DNA from: Candidatus Nanopelagicales bacterium
GTDB lineage: Bacteria; Actinomycetota; Actinomycetes; S36-B12; UBA5976
Reading direction: 5' to 3'
NCBI GenBank assembly: GCA_023260395.1
Contig: JALQVI010000003.1
Coordinates: 1 to 59,877 of the forward strand
DNA: 59,877 nucleotides
How positions within the stretch are numbered: the stretch's first letter is position 1; each line of letters starts with the position of its first letter. The translations under genes were made by a program, and so were the position numbers. Positions 37,827-47,793 of the stretch are shown piece by piece. The notes beneath the pieces were generated by a model. That model was given only the letters and a program-made list of their open reading frames with translations. It made no database searches and had not been told where the DNA came from.

Positions 37827-40487
37827 TTACGACTTTAACGCCACAGCCACGGCTTCAAGTCCGGCATCCAGGCCATCTGTCTTGGTTCCGCCGCCTTGAG
37901 CCATTTCGGCATTGCCGCCACCACGACCATCGATCATCGGTAACAGTGCCTTGAGGACCTCGCCTGCACTAGCGCCTGCGTCACGAGCAGCATTATCAGT
38001 TGCTGTCACAACGCTGATCTTGCCGTCTTCAACTACAGCACCAACCAGAACGTATCCACTGACAGTGATCTTGGATTTGGCCGAGGTAACGATGTCGCGA
38101 AGTGATGCCGCATCTGTGCCAGTTGGAGCAACAAAGCGGAATAGCTTCACATTGCCTACATCAGTTGGTGTGCCAAGTAGACCGTGAATGTCGTTCATCA
38201 ACGCAGCACTCTTGACTTTGTTGATTTCCTTTTCGGCGTTGCGAAGACGTTCCATCATCTTGCCAATGCGGTCGGGCAATTCCTCAGGGCGCGCCTTCGT
38301 CATGTCGGCCAATTGCGCGACGATCGAATGTTCACGTGCGAGGAATCGGTAAGCATCTGCACCGACGAGAGCTTCGACGCGTCGTACGCCGGCACCAATT
38401 GAACCTTCGGACAAGAACGAAACTACGCCGAGTTGTCCGGTGCTTGTGGTGTGTGTACCGCCACAAAGTTCACGTGCCCAATCGCCAACTGAAACGACGC
38501 GCACTTGGTCACCGTATTTCTCGCCGAACAATGCCATAGCTCCGGTCTTACGAGCCTCGTCTTGTGTCATCACTTCTGCAGTTACCAGCAAATCCTGAAT
38601 GAGCAATTCGTTAACGCGTGCTTCAACGTCATTCATGACCGATTGTGGAACGGCTCCAGCACTTGGGAAATCGAAACGAAGACGACCTGGCGAGTTCTCT
38701 GAACCCATCTGAGTGGCCGTTTCGCCTAATGCTTCACGGAATGCCTTGTGGACCATGTGGGTTGCCGTGTGAGCACGAGAAATTGCCAGGCGTCGGTTGA
38801 TGTCAACTTGGCCGACCGCGTGTGCACCAACTTCGAGAGCACCCTTAACAACCTTGCCGCGATGAACAATCAATCCAGGAACTGGCGTTTGCACGTCAAC
38901 GATTTCTACCTGAGTGCCGTCATCAAGTGTGATGACACCGTGGTCAGCAAGCTGGCCACCACTTTCGGCGTAAAACGGAGTGCGATCTACGAGAACTTCA
39001 ACTTCGGTGCCTTCGCTTGCGCTAGATACGTCGTTGCCATCAACGATGATGCCGGTGATGTGTGACTCGGATTGTGTTTCGGAGTATCCCAAGAAGGAAG
39101 TAGTGCCAGAACGGCCCATGATGTCGCGGTACGTCGTGACTGGAACCACACCACTCTTGCGGGCTGCTGCATCGGCTTTCGCCCGGCTGCGCTGTTCTTG
39201 CATCAGTGCGCGGAAGCCTTCTTCGTCCACCTTGACGCCTTGTTCGGCTGCCATTTCAAGTGTGAGATCGATTGGGAAACCAAAAGTGTCGTGCAATGCG
39301 AACGCAGAGTCACCAGTCAAGGTCGTTGCCTTGCTGCTCTTGAGTTCCTTGACCGCCATGTCGAACATCGAAGTTCCGCGTTCGAGTGTTTGAAGGAACG
39401 ATTCCTCTTCGGCAACGGCAATCGAAGTGATACGTCCCTTATCAGTGAGTAATTCCGGATATTGAGGCGACATCGCTTGAATGCTGGCGTCCATCAATTC
39501 AGCAATTGTTGGTTCATGAGCACCAAGCAGACGCATGTTGCGAACCACGCGTCGCAGAATGCGACGAAGGACATAACCGCGACCTTCGTTGCCTGGAAGA
39601 ACGCCGTCGCTAATGAGGAAGGCACACGTACGAGCATGGTCAGCAATAACGCGCAGAGCGACATCTGTCTTTTCATTTACGCCGTACTTTGCGCCGGTTA
39701 GTGCGCTTGCTCGGTCCAAAATGATTCGGGTGGTGTCGATTTCGTAAATGTTGTCAACGCCCTGGAGCAACGCCGCCATTCGTTCGAGACCCATGCCCGT
39801 ATCGATGTTCTTGGCAGGTAGTTCACCGAGAATTTCATAGCCTTCTTTGCCTGGACCGCCGGCACGTTCGAATTGCATGAACACAAGGTTCCAAATTTCG
39901 AGGTAGCGATCCTCGTCAGCAACTGGTCCACCGTCGCGACCATGTTCTGGACCGCGGTCGTAATAAATTTCTGAACATGGTCCACATGGACCGGGTACGC
40001 CCATGGACCAGAAGTTATCGGCCATACCTCGACGTTGAATGCGATCGAGTGGCACGCCAACTTGTTTGTGCCAAATGTCGATTGCCTCGTCATCATCCAG
40101 GTAAACAGTCACCCACAGTTTGTCTTCTGGAAAACCGTAGCCACCATCTGAAGTTGACTTGGTGAGCAAATCCCAAGCGAATGGAATTGCTTCGTGCTTG
40201 AAGTAATCGCCAAACGAAAAGTTTCCGCACATTTGGAAGAACGATGCGTGACGCGTGGTCTTGCCTACTTCTTCGATGTCGAGGGTTCGCACAACTTTTT
40301 GAACGCTTGCTGCGCGTGGGTACGGAGGCGCTGCTTCACCAAGGAAATAGGGCTTGAACGGAACCATACCCGCATTAACAAAGAGCAACGTTGGGTCATC
40401 CAGTAGCAAGCTGGCACTCGGAACGACAGTATGGCCATTGGCCGCGAAGTAATCCAAGAACTTTTGGCGAATTTCAGCGGAATCCAT
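37827..40487 (-). CDS. alaS: Alanine--tRNA ligase
   Basis: DPTLLFVNAGM, GPCGPCSEI, IDTGMGLER, HTATH, ELCGGTH, GGG..MAQGGG. Confidence 0.98.
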   Translation of the reverse strand: MDSAEIRQKFLDYFAANGHTVVPSASLLLDDPTLLFVNAGMVPFKPYFLGEAAPPYPRAASVQKVVRTLDIEEVGKTTRHASFFQMCGNFSFGDYFKHEAIPFAWDLLTKSTSDGGYGFPEDKLWVTVYLDDDEAIDIWHKQVGVPLDRIQRRGMADNFWSMGVPGPCGPCSEIYYDRGPEHGRDGGPVADEDRYLEIWNLVFMQFERAGGPGKEGYEILGELPAKNIDTGMGLERMAALLQGVDNIYEIDTTRIILDRASALTGAKYGVNEKTDVALRVIADHARTCAFLISDGVLPGNEGRGYVLRRILRRVVRNMRLLGAHEPTIAELMDASIQAMSPQYPELLTDKGRITSIAVAEEESFLQTLERGTSMFDMAVKELKSSKATTLTGDSAFALHDTFGFPIDLTLEMAAEQGVKVDEEGFRALMQEQRSRAKADAAARKSGVVPVTTYRDIMGRSGTTSFLGYSETQSESHITGIIVDGNDVSSASEGTEVEVLVDRTPFYAESGGQLADHGVITLDDGTQVEIVDVQTPVPGLIVHRGKVVKGALEVGAHAVGQVDINRRLAISRAHTATHMVHKAFREALGETATQMGSENSPGRLRFDFPSAGAVPQSVMNDVEARVNELLIQDLLVTAEVMTQDEARKTGAMALFGEKYGDQVRVVSVGDWARELCGGTHTTSTGQLGVVSFLSEGSIGAGVRRVEALVGADAYRFLAREHSIVAQLADMTKARPEELPDRIGKMMERLRNAEKEINKVKSAALMNDIHGLLGTPTDVGNVKLFRFVAPTGTDAASLRDIVTSAKSKITVSGYVLVGAVVEDGKISVVTATDNAARDAGASAGEVLKALLPMIDGRGGGNAEMAQGGGTKTDGLDAGLEAVAVALKS

Positions 40488-40541
40488 GAGTAGCCCCTCT
40501 CGTTGCTTACGGTGTATCGCTAAAGACTAACGAATAACTAG

Positions 40542-41867
40542 TTAGTCGCGTCCAAGCAGTCCGCGAATCCGTTCCCACAGGGTTTTGGTTGTGGCTTCGA
40601 AACCGCGTCCGGTTGAGTTGTAATAACGTGCGGTAGCCAGTGCATCAGGCAGATATTGCTGAGCAGCAACACCTTCGGGCAGTTCGTGTGGGTAAATGTA
40701 GCCAACGCCATGACCCAAATCTCCTGCACGTGCATAGTGGCTGTCACGCAGGTGTGGCGGAACTGCGCCGATGTCTTTGGTGCGCACATCGGCGATGGCG
40801 GCGTCCATGGCGACATAGGCGGCGTTTGACTTTGGAGCCAGCGCCATAGCGATAGTTACGTGGCCAAGAGTAATTCGAGCCTCGGGCATACCGATGAACG
40901 CAACCGTCTGTGCGGCGGCTTGAGCCAGTGACAACATCGAATTATCAGCCAAGCCGATGTCTTCACTCGCAAGGATCAGTAATCGGCGTGCAATAAAGCG
41001 CGGATCTTCCCCAGCTTCGAGCATGCGGGCCAGATAGTGCAACGCAGCATCAGCGTCAGAACCGCGGACGCTCTTAATGAAAGCGCTGACAACGTCGTAG
41101 TGCTGGTCCCCTGCTTTGTCATAACGCACAACGTTGTGATCGCTAGCAAGAGAGACGTGTTCTTCGGTGATTTCTGTGGCACCAAGTTGAGTAGTGACCG
41201 CTGCGCTTGCTTCAAGTACGGTCAAAGCACGACGAGCATCGCCACCAGCAAGGCGAATGAGCATGCCGCGGGCATCGTCGCTTAGCGAAACTTCTTTGCG
41301 CAAGCCGCGCTCGTCGCTAACAGCTCGATCGAGAAGTTTGCTGATGTCGTCGTTGTTCAAACTGTGCAGCGTGATCAGCAGCGAACGAGACAACAGCGGT
41401 GAGATAACAGAGAACGAAGGATTCTCGGTCGTTGCCGCAACGAGGGTCACCCAGCCATTTTCAACTCCTGGCAAAAGTGCGTCTTGTTGAGTTTTATTAA
41501 AACGATGAACTTCATCGACGAACAGAACGGTTGCCATGCCGAACATTGATTGATTGTTCTGTGCTTCGGTGATGACATCGCGTACATCTTTAATACCTGC
41601 AGTGATTGCTGATAGTTCAACAAACTTGGCAGAACCTGCGCGTGCCATCAATTGAGCAAGCGTTGTTTTGCCTGTTCCCGGTGGGCCCCACAAGATGACT
41701 GATGAACGCGAAGCAGATGCATCCGTATCAAGCAGGCGACGCAAGGGTCCACCTTGGCTCAACGCATGGCTTTGCCCAACGAACTCTTCGATAGTGCGGG
41801 GGCGCATGCGCACAGCAAGTGGCGCGGCACCGCTACCACCGTCACTATCGAAGAGCGATGACGTCAC
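40542..41867 (-). CDS. rarA: Replication-associated recombination protein A (RarA/MgsA)
   Basis: PLAVRMRP, WGPPGTGKTT, DEVHRF, ATTENP, HYD..SAFIKSVRGSD. Confidence 0.95.
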   Translation of the reverse strand: MTSSLFDSDGGSGAAPLAVRMRPRTIEEFVGQSHALSQGGPLRRLLDTDASASRSSVILWGPPGTGKTTLAQLMARAGSAKFVELSAITAGIKDVRDVITEAQNNQSMFGMATVLFVDEVHRFNKTQQDALLPGVENGWVTLVAATTENPSFSVISPLLSRSLLITLHSLNNDDISKLLDRAVSDERGLRKEVSLSDDARGMLIRLAGGDARRALTVLEASAAVTTQLGATEITEEHVSLASDHNVVRYDKAGDQHYDVVSAFIKSVRGSDADAALHYLARMLEAGEDPRFIARRLLILASEDIGLADNSMLSLAQAAAQTVAFIGMPEARITLGHVTIAMALAPKSNAAYVAMDAAIADVRTKDIGAVPPHLRDSHYARAGDLGHGVGYIYPHELPEGVAAQQYLPDALATARYYNSTGRGFEATTKTLWERIRGLLGRD

Positions 41868-41872
41868 GTGTG

Positions 41873-43612
41873 TTATTCGTCTTCGGTTGCGTATGGGTCA
41901 GCATCAATGCCGGCTTCCAAACGCTGTTGATCCGTGATTGGTGTTGGTGCGGCAGTAAGCGGATCGAATCCAGCGCCAGTCTTCGGGAACGCAATGACGT
42001 CGCGCAAGCTATTCGCGCCTGAAAGCAACATGCAGATTCGGTCCCAACCAAATGCGATACCGCCGTGTGGAGGTGGACCAAACGCGAAGGCCTCAAGGAG
42101 GAAGCCAAACTTCTCTTGTGCTTCTTCGTCGGACAAGCCCAACATTGTGAACACACGTTGCTGAACATCGCCGCGGTGGATACGGATCGAACCGCCACCG
42201 ATTTCATTGCCGTTACACACGATGTCGTATGCCCAAGCGAGCGCTTCACCTGGTGACTCTTCAAAACGGTCAACCCATTCGGCGTTTGGTGAGGTGAATG
42301 GATGATGGACTGCAGTCCATGAGCCGTCGTCAGTCATTTCAAACATTGGAGCGTCAACGATCCATAGGAATGACCACTCGTCCTGATTGATTAGGCCGCA
42401 CCGTTCGCCCACTTCGAGACGTACGGATCCGAGAAGTTGCTGTGAGGCGCTCTTTGCACCAGCGGCAAAGAATGCGCAGTCGCCAGGCTTCGCGCCCACG
42501 TGCGCTGCAAGGCCGGCGCGTTCTTCGTCCGACAAGTTCTTTGCAACAGGACCAGAAAGTTCACCGTTCTCATCCCATGTCACATAGGCAAGTCCCTTTG
42601 CACCGCGCTGCTTAGCCCAGTCTTGCCAAGCATCAAAAGTGCGACGTGGTTGATCGGCGCCACCCGGCATAACAACAGCGCCAACATACTCAGCTTGGAA
42701 GACTCGGAACTCAGTCTTAGCGAAGTATTCGGTGCACTCGGTGAGTTCGAGGTCAAAACGAAGGTCAGGCTTGTCAGAACCGTAACGATTCATCGCCTCA
42801 AAGTACGTCATGCGAGGGATGTCGCCAATTTCGTAGCCGACAGTTCCCTTCCATAGACTGCGAACGATTGCTTCACCTACTTCGATGATGTCGTCTTGCT
42901 CAACGAAGCTCATTTCGATATCGAGCTGGGTGAATTCTGGTTGACGATCCTTGCGGAAATCTTCGTCGCGATAGCAACGCGCAATTTGGTAGTAGCGTTC
43001 CATGCCAGCCACCATGAGCAGTTGCTTGAACAACTGTGGACTTTGTGGAAGCGCGTACCAGTGACCTGGCTGCAAGCGAACAGGCACTAGGAAGTCGCGT
43101 GCACCTTCAGGTGTTGAACGAGTCAACGTAGGTGTTTCAATTTCAACAAAGTTGCGAGCTGACAGAACATCGCGAGCTAGGCGGTTAACTTCGCTACGCA
43201 TGCGCAGAGCGTTGCCTGCCGCAGTACGACGCAAATCAAGGTAGCGATACTTCAAACGAGTCTCTTCGCCAACGTTGATGTTGTCGTCAATTGGGAAAGG
43301 TAGCGGTGCACTCTTGCTCAACACTGTGACAGTCGTTGCATCAACTTCAATGTCACCAGTTGGCAACTCTGAGTTTTCGTTTCCAACTGGGCGCACGCGC
43401 ACGGTGCCAGTGATCTGCAAGCAGAACTCGTTGCGAAGGTCATGGGCTATGGCTTCGTCGTTAACCACGACTTGCACAACGCCAGAGGCATCACGCAAGT
43501 CTAGGAATGCAATACCGCCATGGTCGCGTCGACGAGCGACCCAGCCAGCGAGCGTGACTTCAGAGCCAGCGTCAGATAAACGTAGGCTTCCAGATTCTCT
43601 AGTGCGAAGCAT
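41873..43612 (-). CDS. aspS: Aspartate--tRNA ligase (probably non-discriminating)
   Basis: [43 protein letters not shown]. Confidence 0.97.
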   Translation of the reverse strand: MLRTRESGSLRLSDAGSEVTLAGWVARRRDHGGIAFLDLRDASGVVQVVVNDEAIAHDLRNEFCLQITGTVRVRPVGNENSELPTGDIEVDATTVTVLSKSAPLPFPIDDNINVGEETRLKYRYLDLRRTAAGNALRMRSEVNRLARDVLSARNFVEIETPTLTRSTPEGARDFLVPVRLQPGHWYALPQSPQLFKQLLMVAGMERYYQIARCYRDEDFRKDRQPEFTQLDIEMSFVEQDDIIEVGEAIVRSLWKGTVGYEIGDIPRMTYFEAMNRYGSDKPDLRFDLELTECTEYFAKTEFRVFQAEYVGAVVMPGGADQPRRTFDAWQDWAKQRGAKGLAYVTWDENGELSGPVAKNLSDEERAGLAAHVGAKPGDCAFFAAGAKSASQQLLGSVRLEVGERCGLINQDEWSFLWIVDAPMFEMTDDGSWTAVHHPFTSPNAEWVDRFEESPGEALAWAYDIVCNGNEIGGGSIRIHRGDVQQRVFTMLGLSDEEAQEKFGFLLEAFAFGPPPHGGIAFGWDRICMLLSGANSLRDVIAFPKTGAGFDPLTAAPTPITDQQRLEAGIDADPYATEDE

Positions 43613-43627
43613 GAACTTCCCTTTGTA

Positions 43628-44893
43628 TTAGTTGAATCGCGCAGTTAGCGCGTCGACGACCAAGTCTAGGGCAGACGTTGTCTGCTCCCCCGTGGCCAAG
43701 TCTTTGATGATGATGCTGTTGGTGGCCAGCTCGTCCTGACCCAGAATGAGAGCAACTTTTGCTCCGCTGCGATCTGCCCCCTTCATGGCTGCCTTGATAC
43801 TGCGACCGTCGAATGCAAAATCAGCCGCCACTCCACGAGTTCGCAGTTCTCCAAGCAATTTCACCGCCGGCACATTCGTTCCTTCACCGAGTGCAATCAC
43901 GAATGCATCAATCGTGTCAGCACCAGTTAAATCGATACCTTCGGCTTGAACTGCAAGGCATGTTCGATCGACACCAAGACCAAAACCCATTCCGCCGATA
44001 GCTGGACCGCCCAGAGTTTCGACAAGCCCGTCGTATCGGCCGCCGCCACCAATTGCTGATTGAGCGCCAAGGCCATCGTGGACGAGTTCGAATGTCGTTC
44101 GGACGTAGTAATCCAAACCTCGAACGAGACGTGGAGCCTTTTCGTAAACAACGCCAAGAGCATCGAGGTAGGTCAAAACTGTTGTGTGGTGCACTTCGCA
44201 GGCTTCGCACAAATTGTCTGGCATGAGTGGAGCGTCTACTAGCAGTGCCTGGACATCCGGACGCTTGTCATCAAGCACGCGCAACGGATTGATAGTTGCG
44301 CGATGGCGAGTTGCTTCGTCTAGATCAAGTTTGTCAAGGAATGCAGTCAACGTTGCTCGATAAGTCGGTCGACATTCACCACAACCCAGAGAGTTGATGA
44401 GTAAGCGCAGGTTCTTAAGGCCGAGAAGGTTGCGGTTTGCGTGCGCAGCCATCCAAATAATTTCAGCATCAAGCGCTGGATCACTTGATCCAATTGCTTC
44501 AACACCTACTTGAGTGTGTTGGCGGTAACGACCCGATTGAGGTTGTTCGTAGCGAAAATTCGGACCGGTGTACCAAACTTTCGCAGGAAGTGCGCCGCGG
44601 TCCATGCGATTTTCCAGCATGGCACGTAAAACACCTGCAGTGCCTTCGGGGCGCAATGTCAGGCTGCGGCCACCGCGGTCATCGAATGTGTACATCTCTT
44701 TTGAGACAACGTCTGTCGACTCGCCTACTCCGCGAACAAAAAGTGCAGTGTCTTCAAATAGTGGCGTCTCGATGTAGCCGTAGCCAGAAAGAATCGGCGG
44801 TGTCGACAGGGCTGTACGAACTGCACGCCACGTTTCAGAAAACGGCGGAATAACGTCGTAGGTGCCTTTGGGTGCTTTGAATAAATCGGTCAT
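43628..44893 (-). CDS. hisS: Histidine--tRNA ligase
   Basis: LRPEGTA, FRYEQPQSGRYRQ, LVRGLDYY, GGGRYD. Confidence 0.97.
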   Translation of the reverse strand: MTDLFKAPKGTYDVIPPFSETWRAVRTALSTPPILSGYGYIETPLFEDTALFVRGVGESTDVVSKEMYTFDDRGGRSLTLRPEGTAGVLRAMLENRMDRGALPAKVWYTGPNFRYEQPQSGRYRQHTQVGVEAIGSSDPALDAEIIWMAAHANRNLLGLKNLRLLINSLGCGECRPTYRATLTAFLDKLDLDEATRHRATINPLRVLDDKRPDVQALLVDAPLMPDNLCEACEVHHTTVLTYLDALGVVYEKAPRLVRGLDYYVRTTFELVHDGLGAQSAIGGGGRYDGLVETLGGPAIGGMGFGLGVDRTCLAVQAEGIDLTGADTIDAFVIALGEGTNVPAVKLLGELRTRGVAADFAFDGRSIKAAMKGADRSGAKVALILGQDELATNSIIIKDLATGEQTTSALDLVVDALTARFN

Positions 44894-45591
44894 GTTGCTG
44901 AAAGTCCCTGTGCGATGCGTTGCAAGTACGGATTAGTTTCTCGTTCAATGTTCATGAAGCTCGAAGGACCATGTCCCGGCAAAATTCGGCTGTTGTCTTC
45001 GAGGTTCAGAACAACATTGCGTAGCGATTGATTCATTTCATCAGGAGAGCCACTTGGCAGGTCGGTGCGACCAATAGCGCCAGCAAATAAAACATCGCCA
45101 GTAAAGATGTTGCGCTGTTCGTTCTGGGAACCGCCTGCAAAATCAAACAGAACCGAACCTGCAGTATGACCAGGCGCGTGGCGAACTGTGATATCAAAAC
45201 CAGCAATTTCAACGCTCATGTTGTCGGTGACTTCTCGCACGTCGTCTGGTTCAGCAAAAACGTCATCGCTGTCCATCATGGTTGGTAATGCAGCACGCGT
45301 TTCGGCGCTGAGAGCAAAACCTGGATCGGCTAACAGATGTCGATCGTTGCTGTGAACTAGGGCCGGGATTCCGTAACCACTTGCGAGTGGGAAAACTGAC
45401 CACATGTGGTCAATGTGTCCGTGTGTGACCATTACTGCGACAGGCTTGAGGTGATGTTCGGCAATAACTTCACGAACTTGCTTGGCGGCTTTCATGCCTG
45501 GATCAATGATGAGGCATTCGCTGCCATCAGAAGGCGCAACGATGTAACAATTGGTCTGCCATGGGCCTGCGGTGAAGCTGTAAATCTGCAT
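44890..45591 (-). CDS. MBL-fold metallo-hydrolase (glyoxalase II-like)
   Basis: THGHIDH, PGHT, TGDVLF...IGRTD, PGHG. Confidence 0.92.
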   Translation of the reverse strand: MQIYSFTAGPWQTNCYIVAPSDGSECLIIDPGMKAAKQVREVIAEHHLKPVAVMVTHGHIDHMWSVFPLASGYGIPALVHSNDRHLLADPGFALSAETRAALPTMMDSDDVFAEPDDVREVTDNMSVEIAGFDITVRHAPGHTAGSVLFDFAGGSQNEQRNIFTGDVLFAGAIGRTDLPSGSPDEMNQSLRNVVLNLEDNSRILPGHGPSSFMNIERETNPYLQRIAQGLSAT

Positions 45592-45671
45592 CGTTATCTC
45601 TTGATCGGTGGGCTTTTCCTATAAGGCTACCGTTTCGACCACTAAAGACCCGAACCTCTAGACTTTATGAC

Positions 45672-46457
45672 GTGTCAGTAAAACGTGAACGTGAACTTGC
45701 CCGTGCCAAATACGAACGTCAGCACCAGCGTCGTCTCCAGCGAGCCGCTGCTGCCAAGGTTCGAAATCGCATTATGGGTGGCGTCCTTGTGGTGCTAGTT
45801 GTTGCCGGATTCGCATGGCAGCAAAACAAGGCCAGTAACCCAGCGACGACTGCAGCAACGCCAGCAGCTTCGGCTACGACTGCCCAAACTAAGCCAGTCG
45901 TAGCAAATTGCACACAACCAGTCCACACGCGCGCTAATAACATCACGTTCCAGAATGTGCCTGCTGCAAAGCAAGACGCAAAAGCCATCACTTTGGCAAC
46001 CAATTGCGGCGACATTGCCTTTGATCTTGATGCAAAAGCACCAAAAACTTCTGCAATCATGTCGTTTTTGGCACAGAACAAATTCTTCGATGCAACACCA
46101 TGTCACCGCTTAACGACTGACGGCATTTATGTGTTGCAGTGTGGCGATCCAACGGGTCAAGGCACTGGAGGTCCTGGTTTTAAGTTCGCGGATGAAAACC
46201 TGCCTCAGGCAACAAATGGCACGTACGTATATCCACGTGGAACGGTCGCCATGGCTAACAGTGGTGCAAATACCAATGGAAGCCAGTTCTTCTTGGTTTA
46301 CAAGGATTCACCGCTTCCACCGAACTATTCGGTGTGGGGCAAAGTGACCAAAGGTTTGGATATTTTGGATGCTGTGGCCAAGGCCGGAGTGTCTGGAGGC
46401 GGAACCGACGGGGCTCCTGCTCAAGCGGTCACTATTACAACAGCAACTGCGCAATAA
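45672..46457 (+). CDS. ppiB: Membrane-anchored cyclophilin-type PPIase
   Basis: Basic N-terminus + TM; CHRL, LQCGDP.G.G.GGPG, AMANSG.NTNGSQFF. Confidence 0.9.
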   Translation: MSVKRERELARAKYERQHQRRLQRAAAAKVRNRIMGGVLVVLVVAGFAWQQNKASNPATTAATPAASATTAQTKPVVANCTQPVHTRANNITFQNVPAAKQDAKAITLATNCGDIAFDLDAKAPKTSAIMSFLAQNKFFDATPCHRLTTDGIYVLQCGDPTGQGTGGPGFKFADENLPQATNGTYVYPRGTVAMANSGANTNGSQFFLVYKDSPLPPNYSVWGKVTKGLDILDAVAKAGVSGGGTDGAPAQAVTITTATAQ

Positions 46458-46509
46458 TTGACCTATAACCGCCAAGAGCCCAACCGGGACCCTAAGGACA
46501 GGAAACAAC

Positions 46510-47739
46510 ATGACGACAACGAATGAGCATGGTCGCGTCGACGAACAAGGCAACGCGTTCCTAACCACACCTGAGGGTGAGGTCAAAGTTGGTCAGTACA
46601 CAGTTGGTGAACCTGCCGAAGGTCTCGCATTCTTTACCAAGCGCTTCGATGACTTGGTGGCCGAAATCGGCTTGGCGATCGAACGACTCAAGGACGGCAA
46701 AGCCAATGCCGAATCTGTTAAGGCATTGATTGAACGCATCGAAGCCACGTTGACTTCACCGAACATGCTCGGCGACTTTTCCAAGTTGCGCGAACTTAAA
46801 GATGAAATCGAAAAGCAGTTTGCTGTTCATCGTGAAGCACTCTCGGCCAAGAAGGCTGAACTAAAGGCTGCTGCGCTTGCTCGTCGTGAAGAAATTGTTA
46901 AGGCTGCCGAGGCTCTCGTTGACTCCAATCAGTGGAAGGCAACTGGCGAAAAGTACAAGAGCCTTTTGGATGAATGGAAGACACTTCCTAACGCCGATCG
47001 CGCAAAAGAGCAGGAACTGTGGAAGCGATTCAGCCATGCACGTTCGGCTTTCGACAAGGCACGCCGTACCTACTTCCACAACTTGGACGAAGTTCGTGCT
47101 GATGCTCAATCAGCCAAGAAGGCAATAATTGCCAAGGCTCAAGGACTAGCCGAAAGCACTGAGTGGGGCGCAACTACGGGTGCTTACAAGAACTTGATGA
47201 ATGACTGGAAAAACCTTCCGCGTGCCGCCAAGTCTGTCGAAGACAAATTGTGGAACGAGTTCAAAGCTGCACAAGACAAGTTCTTTGATGCTCGTAACGC
47301 TGCCCTATCGGTACGCGACGAAGAACTCGGTGGCAACCTCACAGTGAAGCTCGCGCTATTGGAAAAGGCCGAAGCGCTTCTTCCAATCACGGACGTGGAT
47401 TCAGCCAAGGCTGCCTTGCGTGACATTCAAGAACAGTGGGAGAAGGCCGGTCACGTACCTCGCGCAGACAAGGAAAAGGTCGAACGTCGCCTCAAGGCTG
47501 TCGAAGATGCCATCCGCAAGGTCACCGAAGAACAATGGAATCGTTCAAAGCCAGAAGTTGTTGACCGAGCCAACGGAATGGTTGCTCAATTTGAAGCCTC
47601 GATTGCCAAGCTTGATAAGCAAATCGAAGATGCTAAGGCTGCTGGCAAGACAAGTGATGTTGCGAAACTCGAAGGAACTCGCACTCAGACCCAGGCATTG
47701 TTAGATGCAGCACGTGCAGGTGCAGCAACACTTGGTTAA
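46510..47739 (+). CDS. DUF349 domain protein
   Basis: GRVDEQG, repeated helical units with W...WK / LW.RF; usual position between ppiB and rel. Confidence 0.85.
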   Translation: MTTTNEHGRVDEQGNAFLTTPEGEVKVGQYTVGEPAEGLAFFTKRFDDLVAEIGLAIERLKDGKANAESVKALIERIEATLTSPNMLGDFSKLRELKDEIEKQFAVHREALSAKKAELKAAALARREEIVKAAEALVDSNQWKATGEKYKSLLDEWKTLPNADRAKEQELWKRFSHARSAFDKARRTYFHNLDEVRADAQSAKKAIIAKAQGLAESTEWGATTGAYKNLMNDWKNLPRAAKSVEDKLWNEFKAAQDKFFDARNAALSVRDEELGGNLTVKLALLEKAEALLPITDVDSAKAALRDIQEQWEKAGHVPRADKEKVERRLKAVEDAIRKVTEEQWNRSKPEVVDRANGMVAQFEASIAKLDKQIEDAKAAGKTSDVAKLEGTRTQTQALLDAARAGAATLG

Positions 47740-47756
47740 GTGAAACTACCTCTTTG

Positions 47757-47793
47757 GGTGCCTCTAGCCAACTCGGCTGGGGGCACCTTTGTT
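47757..47793 (+). terminator. Intrinsic terminator between convergent DUF349 and rel
   Basis: GGTGCCTCTAGCC-AACTC-GGCTGGGGGCACC (13-bp stem with G-U pairs) followed by TTTGTT. Confidence 0.75.
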
